Source: an uncultured Pirellulales bacterium
Lineage (GTDB): Bacteria > Planctomycetota > Phycisphaerae > Sedimentisphaerales > SM23-30
Reading direction: 5' to 3'
Assembly (NCBI GenBank): GCA_964482555.1
Contig: CAYZXY010000001.1
Location: forward strand, 78,591-142,590
DNA: 64,000 nucleotides
The number at the start of each line of letters is the position of its first letter. The first letter of the stretch is position 1. Made by a program: the position numbers and the translations under genes. The notes under the pieces are model-generated. The model did not search any database. It saw only the letters and a list, made by a program, of their open reading frames with translations, and was not told the DNA's origin. Shown one piece after another: positions 55,399 through 62,626 of the stretch.

Positions 55399-56568
55399 AT
55401 GAAAATCAGTCAGGTTCTAGCGCAAATACATAAGGAAGCGAGCGGGGTCTCGCATTCGGTGCCGAATCTATGCGAGTCGCTGGCGCGTAAAGGGGTTGAT
55501 GTCGAGATGCATGTTTTGGCGCCGGTACCGGAGCAGAAGCGTTCGTATGAAGTACGATCGTATCCGTTCTGGCCGTATCCGGCCCGGCTGGGCATTTCGC
55601 CTTCGATGGCGCAGGGGTTGAACCGTGCGGCACGACGCTGCGTGTTGATGCACGTGCACAGTTTGTGGATGATGCCGAGTTATTATCCACCGCACAGCGT
55701 GGACGGAACCGATTGCCGGCTGATCACCTCGCCGCGCGGCACGCTGTCCGCCTGGGCGCTGCGTCATTCTCGCTGGGTTAAACGGGCTTTCTGGGCCATG
55801 GGACAAAAGGAACTGCTGAAGCGGTCGGTCTGTTTTCATGCCACGGCAGAAAACGAATATCACGAAATTCGCCAGGCGGGTTTCCGGGCACCGGTAGCTG
55901 TCATACCTAATGGCGTGCATGTACCGGAGCGTCTGCTGGAGCCGCGTGAGAAACCGCTACACCGGCTGCTGTTCATCTCGCGGATACATCCCATAAAGGG
56001 GATCGATCTGCTGCTGCGGATCTGGCGGAAGCTGGAGCGGGATTACCCGGACTGGGAGCTGTGGGTCGTCGGGCCCGATTCGCAGATTGCCGGCTATACC
56101 CGACAAATGCAGCTGCTGGCGAAAGAGCTGGGTTTGCGGCGGGTCTCATTTCCCGGACCAGCATATGGCGAAACGAAAGAGCGGATGTATTTTGACGCGG
56201 ACCTGTTTGTCCTGCCAACGCATTCGGAGAATTTCGGGATTGTCGTGGCCGAGGCGCTGGCGCATGGTGTGCCGGCGGTGGTGTCGCGGCAGGCGCCCTG
56301 GCAGGGACTGCAGGAACATGGCTGCGGCTGGTGGCCGGTGCTGGAGGAGGCGTCATTGGAGGACAGCCTGCGCGAGGGGATGTCGCTGTCGGCGTTTCGG
56401 CGGCGGGAAATGGGTCTGAAGGGGCGCGAATGGATTCGCCGCGATTATTCATGGGAGAAGATCGGGGCGATGATGTTGCGGACATACGAGTGGCTGCTGG
56501 GCGGAGGCGAGAGACCGGCGTTTGTGGAAGGTAGGTCATGTGGTAGGCGGAATAGTTCAGGTTCATAA
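55399..56568 (+). CDS. glycosyltransferase family 4 (GT-B, group 1)
   Basis: LLFISRIHPIKGIDLLL... and SENFGIVVAEALAHGVPAVVS (EX7E). Confidence 0.87.
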   Translation: MKISQVLAQIHKEASGVSHSVPNLCESLARKGVDVEMHVLAPVPEQKRSYEVRSYPFWPYPARLGISPSMAQGLNRAARRCVLMHVHSLWMMPSYYPPHSVDGTDCRLITSPRGTLSAWALRHSRWVKRAFWAMGQKELLKRSVCFHATAENEYHEIRQAGFRAPVAVIPNGVHVPERLLEPREKPLHRLLFISRIHPIKGIDLLLRIWRKLERDYPDWELWVVGPDSQIAGYTRQMQLLAKELGLRRVSFPGPAYGETKERMYFDADLFVLPTHSENFGIVVAEALAHGVPAVVSRQAPWQGLQEHGCGWWPVLEEASLEDSLREGMSLSAFRRREMGLKGREWIRRDYSWEKIGAMMLRTYEWLLGGGERPAFVEGRSCGRRNSSGS

Positions 56569-56595
56569 TGTCATAATGATAAGGATAAAAACAAA

Positions 56596-57594
56596 ATGAC
56601 GACAAAAAATCATTTACGATATTACGGCCGACGGGCGGGGGGATATCTGCTTCAACAGTTATTTTGGCGGAAGCATCCGCTGTTTCGCAGTCTGGTTATG
56701 CTGCGGGTGCGGCAGCGGATCGAGGCGGTGGAGCGTTCCGTGATTCCGCCGCGGCAGGTGCATCTGGAAAATACCAACATGTGCAATTCACGCTGCATTA
56801 TGTGCCCTTACAGCCAGATGCAGCGACCGAAGGGGATCATGGATATCGAACTGTTTCGCAAGGGGCTGCGTGAGGCAAGCGAACTGGGTGCGACCTGGAT
56901 ACAGCCGCAGTTTTTTGGCGAACCTTTTCTGGATAAGACGTTCGGGAAGAAGCTGGCGTTGTGCAAGGCGATGGGCTTTTATGTCTCGATTCATACCAAC
57001 GGATCGGTGATGGGGGTCGAGCAGGTTCAGATGCTGCTGGATAATGAGGTTGACGAGGTGCATGTCAGCATTGACAGTCTGTCAGCGGAAACGTTTGAGA
57101 GCATTCGCCGTGGGTTGAAATATGAAGATGTAGCCGGTAATGTCGAGCGGTTGATGCAAATGAGGAGACAGCAGCAGCGGACGAAACCGATGGTCTGGGT
57201 GAATTACCTGGAGATGCCGGAAAACCAGGGGGAATCCGAGACGTTCTTCCGGCACTGGAATGCGATTGTCGATCGGGTGAACGTATCGTTTGCCCGGAGC
57301 TGGGGCGATCATTGCCGGCGAGACGATGTACAACGGATCGATAAACTGCGGTTTCCGTGCCCGTCGCCGTGGCAGCAGCTGGTTGTGACGGCCCAGGGGA
57401 ATATTCTGCCCTGCTGTCAGGATTATGAGGGACAGGCATTGAGTCTGGGGAACCTGCGGGACATCAGCCTGCGCGAGGCATGGGAAGGTGAAAAAATGAA
57501 ATGGCTGCGGGAGAAACTGCTCACCTGTAAGTATGATGAAATCCCGCTTTGCCGGGATTGTTATCCGAACGATATTCTGGGATGGCGGAAATAG
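56596..57594 (+). CDS. radical SAM / SPASM-domain protein embedded in the glycan locus
   Basis: ENTNMCNSRCIMCPY (CX3CX2C), FFGEPFLD. C-terminal SPASM-type cysteines CPSPWQQLVVTAQGNILPCCQD...IPLCRDC. Confidence 0.85.
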   Translation: MTTKNHLRYYGRRAGGYLLQQLFWRKHPLFRSLVMLRVRQRIEAVERSVIPPRQVHLENTNMCNSRCIMCPYSQMQRPKGIMDIELFRKGLREASELGATWIQPQFFGEPFLDKTFGKKLALCKAMGFYVSIHTNGSVMGVEQVQMLLDNEVDEVHVSIDSLSAETFESIRRGLKYEDVAGNVERLMQMRRQQQRTKPMVWVNYLEMPENQGESETFFRHWNAIVDRVNVSFARSWGDHCRRDDVQRIDKLRFPCPSPWQQLVVTAQGNILPCCQDYEGQALSLGNLRDISLREAWEGEKMKWLREKLLTCKYDEIPLCRDCYPNDILGWRK

Positions 57595-57606
57595 GAGGAG
57601 GATCGA

Positions 57607-58626
57607 ATGAGAAACGCAGCGTGCGAAACGACAGATATACGATCCGGCAGGAAAAAGCTGCCGGTCTCGGTGATCATGCTGACGTTGAATGAGGAACATC
57701 ATCTGCCCGGCGCTATTGAAAATGTTCGTGATTGGGTAGAAGATATTTTCATCGTTGACAGTTTAAGCACGGACCGGACAGTGGATATAGCGCTGGAGCA
57801 TGGCGTGACAGTAATCCAGCGGCCGTTTACAAATTTCGGCGATCAGTGGAATTTCGCGCTCGAGAATCTGCCGATTCGCACACCCTGGACCATCAAGCTC
57901 GACCCAGACGAACGCATCTCCGAGGACCTCTGGGAACAGATCGCCGGCGTGATGGAACAGTATCGTTATGACGGCTTTATTATGCCGTTGCGATTGTGGT
58001 TTATGGGTCGGCCGCTCCATGTCAAGATGGACATCATGCGGTTGTGGCGGACGGGGCGCTGCCGTTTTTCCGATGTGATCGTCAATGAACATCCGCTGGT
58101 CGCGGGCGAGCTTGGACATTTGAACGGCTGGATGGAGCATCTGGATTGTCCCAACCTGCATCACTGGTTCGAGAAACAGAATCGCTATTCGACGCTGGAG
58201 GCGATCAGCCGGGTAAAAAGTCATTCGCTGGCGGTGCGGCCGCGACTCTGGGGCACAAAAATGCAGCGGCGGATGTTTTTGAAAAAGTATATTTTTAACA
58301 TGCCGCTGCGGTATCAATTGTTGTGGCTGTATTACTATTTTTATCGTGGAGCCTGGCGCGATGGCGTTGAAGGACGAGCTTGGGCGCATCTGCGGGTAGA
58401 GATTATGCGAACACGACAGTTTAAGACGCGCGAAATGCAAACAACCGGGCGTATCCCAGAACTGCCGCGGACGCGGGTAGGGGAATACGACCCGCGCATA
58501 CTCGAACAACCGCTGCAGCGGGAGATTATGCGGCGGGATAACGACCGTCGCTTATGTTCACCATTGCCGGTTCAAACGTCGAAGCAACTGCAGCAAAAGG
58601 TTTCATTTTCCGACGTTGGGAGTTGA
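57607..58626 (+). CDS. glycosyltransferase family 2
   Basis: Strong SD AGGAGGAGGA. VSVIMLTLNEEHHLPGAIENV...IFIVDSLSTDRTVDIA...KLDPDE GT-A pattern. Confidence 0.87.
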   Translation: MRNAACETTDIRSGRKKLPVSVIMLTLNEEHHLPGAIENVRDWVEDIFIVDSLSTDRTVDIALEHGVTVIQRPFTNFGDQWNFALENLPIRTPWTIKLDPDERISEDLWEQIAGVMEQYRYDGFIMPLRLWFMGRPLHVKMDIMRLWRTGRCRFSDVIVNEHPLVAGELGHLNGWMEHLDCPNLHHWFEKQNRYSTLEAISRVKSHSLAVRPRLWGTKMQRRMFLKKYIFNMPLRYQLLWLYYYFYRGAWRDGVEGRAWAHLRVEIMRTRQFKTREMQTTGRIPELPRTRVGEYDPRILEQPLQREIMRRDNDRRLCSPLPVQTSKQLQQKVSFSDVGS

Positions 58627-58632
58627 GCTGTC

Positions 58633-60324
58633 TTGCGAAAAATGTATTTGTATGCCGTTTCGTTGCGCTATACACGCTTGCGGCAGATTATATATCGCTT
58701 GCGTTTTGTCATCGAACGGCAGTTGGCGCGGTCCGGCTGGCTCGCGACAGCGCTTTACCGGCGCTGTCATTACGCGGCAAAACGTAACCAGACAGCCGCG
58801 GCGGTACAGCAGCCTTTCAATCCGCTCTTTGCACCGCGCAAGAACGAAATAACATGGGAAGACGGCAAGCCGCAGCTGCTATTTCTGAACCGGAAACTGC
58901 CGTTGCAGCAGCCGATGGTCTGGCATCCGCCGAAATGGGGGACAGACGCCGGCCTAGAAGTGTTCCATCTGCATTACATGACCTGGCTGGAGGGGCTGGA
59001 TGATGAGTGGTTTACGCGTACCGTTTCCGACTGGATACACGCTAATCCGCCCGACCAGCGACAGGCACGCAATCGCAGTTGGAGCAGTTATGTCATCTCT
59101 CTGCGATGTGTGGTCTGGATGCAGCAGTATGCCCGGCGACAGTCGCGACTGCCGGAGCCGTTCCTGCGGGATATGATATGTTCGCTGGCAGGACAGCTGT
59201 ATTTTCTGGAAAATCATCTCGAACATGATATCGGCGGTAATCATTTAATCAAGAATATCAAGGCATTGCTCTGGGCGGGACAGTTCTTACGGGGGGCGGA
59301 CGCATGCCGCTGGTCAGCAATCGGGCGTCATTTGCTCTCGCGGGAACTGCATGAACAGATTCTCCCGGACGGCATGCACTTCGAACGCAGCCCGGCATAT
59401 CATGTACAAGTGTTTGCGGATTTACTGGAATGTTATGCCATCTCGAAAGACGGCCCCTTTCGTAAACGGCTGGCGGACACGCTCCATAAAATGGCGACGG
59501 TGACGAAGGCGTTAACGCATCCGGATAAAAAAATCAGCCTGTTTAACGACGGCGGTTTGCGCATGGCTTATTCGCCGGGAGAATGTCTTAAAGTTTATCA
59601 GACGCTGCTGGGCCGGAACGTCGCGACCTCGGACGCGGTTTGGTTGACCGAGGCGGGTTATTATGGCAGACGACAGGGAAATGATTATCTGCTGATGGAT
59701 TGCGGGCCGATCGGGCCGGATCATCTGCCGGCTCATGGTCATGGTGACACCTTGTCTTTTGAATGGGATGTCGCCGGCGAGCGCATCGTCGTCGATGCCG
59801 GCGTGTATGAATATCATGCGGGTCGCTGGAGGGAGCTTAGCCGGGCAAGCCGCTGCCATAATACGGTTACGCTGGATGAGCAGGATCAGTCGGAGTTTTG
59901 GAAATCATTTCGCGTCGGCCGCCGGGCGCGAGCGAAAGTGCATTGTTGTAAAATACATGATGAGACCATGATGTTTGTCGGTTCACACGATGGCTATGCA
60001 CGACTGGCTGGTTCTCCCCGGCATATACGCCGACTGTCTTTCAAAAACGCCGGCATTCACGTTACGGATACTATCACCTGCGGCGCCGGCCAGGTTGCTA
60101 AGGCTCATTTATTGCTTCATCCTGCCTGCCGTCCGCGATGGGAGAAAAAAAATGTTGTCATATCGCGCGGATCTGTACAAATACGTTTAAGCGCCTCCGG
60201 CAGCATTAATATCGACAATGCCTGGTGGTTCCCTGATTTCGGCGTTAAACAGCCAACCCATCGTATTACCATCACTTATCGCTCGGCCCCCTGCCGGGGG
60301 CATTTTATTTTAAGCAGGCTTTGA
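58633..60324 (+). CDS. heparinase II/III-like (alginate-lyase fold) protein
   Basis: HDIGGNHLIKNIKAL, ...FERSPAYH..., HLPAHGHGDTLSFEW and CHNTVTLDEQDQ match the heparinase II/III N and C domains commonly paired with WbuB-type GT4 genes. Confidence 0.8.
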   Translation: MRKMYLYAVSLRYTRLRQIIYRLRFVIERQLARSGWLATALYRRCHYAAKRNQTAAAVQQPFNPLFAPRKNEITWEDGKPQLLFLNRKLPLQQPMVWHPPKWGTDAGLEVFHLHYMTWLEGLDDEWFTRTVSDWIHANPPDQRQARNRSWSSYVISLRCVVWMQQYARRQSRLPEPFLRDMICSLAGQLYFLENHLEHDIGGNHLIKNIKALLWAGQFLRGADACRWSAIGRHLLSRELHEQILPDGMHFERSPAYHVQVFADLLECYAISKDGPFRKRLADTLHKMATVTKALTHPDKKISLFNDGGLRMAYSPGECLKVYQTLLGRNVATSDAVWLTEAGYYGRRQGNDYLLMDCGPIGPDHLPAHGHGDTLSFEWDVAGERIVVDAGVYEYHAGRWRELSRASRCHNTVTLDEQDQSEFWKSFRVGRRARAKVHCCKIHDETMMFVGSHDGYARLAGSPRHIRRLSFKNAGIHVTDTITCGAGQVAKAHLLLHPACRPRWEKKNVVISRGSVQIRLSASGSINIDNAWWFPDFGVKQPTHRITITYRSAPCRGHFILSRL

Positions 60325-60464
60325 ATTAGCCGGAACGCCCAGAAAAAAAATATTCACATTATTTCAACTATTCGATAATGCAAAATGGTTGTTATTTTCG
60401 ATAGATAGTATTGGAGTTTTGAGGCTATGTTGACCAGGGGAATACCAAAAGCATACGTGGGAGT

Positions 60465-61859
60465 ATGAAAAAGAATATGAATTCGAAAAAATACATTCTG
60501 TTTTTAAGCCATTATTTTTATCCTGAGGGAAATGCCCCCGCGGCTCGCGTCTATGAGATGGCCCGCCAATGGGTCCGGGAAGGCCATCAGGTCACCGTCA
60601 TCACCAGCAATCCCAATGTGCCCAACGGCGTCGTCTATCCCGGTTATCGCAATGGCTGGAAACAAAAAGAATGCATTGACGGTATTGATGTGATTCGAGT
60701 CTGGACGCATATTGCGCCGAATCGCGGCGTTATCCGCCGGATACTGAATTATCTGTCATTTATGTTGACCGCGGTTCTGGCCGCGATGTCGGTCCGGAGG
60801 CCCGATCTGATCATTACGACGAGTCCGCAGTTTTTCTGCGGGTTCGCCGGCGTTATCCTGAAAAAACTTTTCCGGATACCATTCATCCTGGAAATCCGCG
60901 ACCTGTGGCCCGAATCGATCAGCGTCCTCGGAGCTATTCGCAACCAGTTTATTATCGGACCCCTTGAGTGGCTCGAAAAAACAATGTATAAAACCGCCGA
61001 TCATATCGTGATTGTCAGTCGGGCGTTCCAGGATCATATTATCGCCCGGGGCGGCAAACCGGACTGCATATCCACCATTACCAACGGCGTCGATCTCGAC
61101 GAGTTTTACCCACGTGCCAACGACCATCTTTTACGTAAGCAGTACCATCTGAATGGTGAGTTCGTTTGTGCCTATATCGGCACTATCGGCATGGCTTCTG
61201 GTCTTGAAGTGGCGCTGGAGGCGGCTCGCATTCTGCGTCAACGCGACCTGCGCCATATCAAATTAATGTTAGTCGGCGATGGTGCCATTCGAGATGACTT
61301 ACAGCGACAGGCCAGAAACGAGAATCTGGATAATATCATTTTTACCGGCCGGCAGGATAAAAACCAGATTCCCGAATATCTGGCCAGTTCCGACGTTTGC
61401 CTGGTACATCTAAAACGAAACGATCTCTTTAAGCTGGTGATTCCTTCCAAAATTTTCGAAGCGGCCGCCATGGCCCGCCCCATCGTTCTGGGCGTGGAAG
61501 GTTATGCCGCACGGCTGCTGGAATTATCGGGCGCTGGCTGCTGCATCGAACCCGAAAATGCCGAACAACTGGTTAATACGCTGACTTATCTGGCGGATAA
61601 TCCGGCAGAAAGAACCCAAATGGGAATAGCGGGCCGTCAATACGTCACGAAATATTTCAACCGCGCAACGCTGGCGATGGATTTTCTGCAATTAATCCAG
61701 ACTCTCCTGGAATCGCGTTCCATGAAACCCGGAACAACCCCAGGCTGCTCTGATCAACCCGCTCCCATCCAGCTTTCCATTCCTGTTTTCCGCGTTCGCG
61801 AGCCCGTTTTCCGAGATATGATCGAGAAAACTCCCGGTCGAACCGTGCAGAACGTCTGA
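60465..61859 (+). CDS. glycosyltransferase family 4, WbuB/WcaI-like, with ~70-aa C-terminal tail
   Basis: ILFLSHYFYPEGNAPAARVYEMA..., TSPQFF, ...VIPSKIFEAAAMARPIVLG. Start is 60465 or 60477. Confidence 0.86.
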   Translation: MKKNMNSKKYILFLSHYFYPEGNAPAARVYEMARQWVREGHQVTVITSNPNVPNGVVYPGYRNGWKQKECIDGIDVIRVWTHIAPNRGVIRRILNYLSFMLTAVLAAMSVRRPDLIITTSPQFFCGFAGVILKKLFRIPFILEIRDLWPESISVLGAIRNQFIIGPLEWLEKTMYKTADHIVIVSRAFQDHIIARGGKPDCISTITNGVDLDEFYPRANDHLLRKQYHLNGEFVCAYIGTIGMASGLEVALEAARILRQRDLRHIKLMLVGDGAIRDDLQRQARNENLDNIIFTGRQDKNQIPEYLASSDVCLVHLKRNDLFKLVIPSKIFEAAAMARPIVLGVEGYAARLLELSGAGCCIEPENAEQLVNTLTYLADNPAERTQMGIAGRQYVTKYFNRATLAMDFLQLIQTLLESRSMKPGTTPGCSDQPAPIQLSIPVFRVREPVFRDMIEKTPGRTVQNV

Positions 61860-61875
61860 AATCCCTCCCACAACT

Positions 61876-61904
61876 TGACGATTTGGAATACTCCCGGTAA
61901 AATT
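61876..61904 (+). promoter_or_regulatory. near-consensus sigma70-type promoter upstream of the PEP-CTERM mini-ORF
   Basis: TTGACG - 17 nt - TAAAAT. Confidence 0.4.
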
Positions 61905-62135
61905 GAAGTGAATAGTAAGTTGAACCTGCCTATAATGGAGTGACACCAGCAAAAAGCCAGCCGGATGCATCAGGGTCGCACCGGTGGGGTCTGTGAATCA
62001 TTTAATGTTCTATCTCATTGTATAAAAATGATTTATGACTCCACTTCTCACGGATGCGATTCTAAATAAGTGGGTGTGACCGGCCTGAAACTATTACAGA
62101 AATAATGTTTTATCGGGGGAACAGGGAGTTGAGTT

Positions 62136-62330
62136 ATGAGCAGCTATCTCGGTATGGTAATGGGCTCTGTTGTTATGCTGATCAATCAGTGCGGTTTTTA
62201 TCCCCTTAATCCTTTCATATTCCATTGTCAGTTAAAATTTTCTCTGGCAAGTATTCCCGAGCCGACGGCTATTCTGGTCCTGCTTTTGGGGGTGCCGTTT
62301 CTTTTACTCCGCCGAAAATCCCGAAGATAG
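62136..62330 (+). CDS. 64-aa protein consisting of little more than a PEP-CTERM sorting signal (possibly a gene remnant)
   Basis: C-terminus SIPEPTAILVLLLGVPFLLLRRKSRR = PEP motif + TM helix + Arg/Lys cluster. SD AGGGAG 9 nt upstream of the ATG. N-terminus MSSYLGMVMGSVVMLINQCG is signal-like. Confidence 0.45.
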   Translation: MSSYLGMVMGSVVMLINQCGFYPLNPFIFHCQLKFSLASIPEPTAILVLLLGVPFLLLRRKSRR

Positions 62331-62343
62331 CTTATTCCGCATA

Positions 62344-62458
62344 TTTCTAACCAATGGGGTAGAAATCTCCCGGCAGGTCTGGACGTAAGCTTCTTATCCG
62401 CAGACAATTACGTTCCGAAAATCGGGGATTTTCAATCGGAACGAGTATGCTGCAATTC
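62344..62458 (-). repeat. Family-1 interspersed repeat, copy 15
   Basis: Plus strand TTTCTAACCAATGGGGTAGAAATCTCCCGGCAGGTCTGGACGTAAGCTTCTTATCCGCAGACAATTACGTTCCGAAAATCGGGGATTTTCAATCGGAACGAGTAT. Confidence 0.85.
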
Positions 62459-62626
62459 GAATTTCGTACCGGAAATCTCCGGCTGCGCCGGCTTTGGGGT
62501 AATAATTCCGCCGCATCTTAAAGTGGCTCTCTTCAATGACCGATAATTATAAACAAGTTAATTTGTGCGCACTAGAACTGGCGCGGGCACAAACAGTAGG
62601 CCCAGAATTATTTTAAAGGTATTATT

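Noticed and set aside
1639-62458. Possibility that the recurring ~108-nt element is a CRISPR array or tandem repeat.
   Set aside because: Copies are kilobases apart, in both orientations, far longer than CRISPR repeats, and without regular spacers or cas genes.
33204-62626. tRNA-His as attachment site of an integrated genomic island carrying the EPS locus.
   Set aside because: No integrase or recombinase gene, and no direct repeat of the tRNA-His 3' end was noticed at the far side. The idea survives only in the weaker form given in the findings (repeat-bracketed locus).
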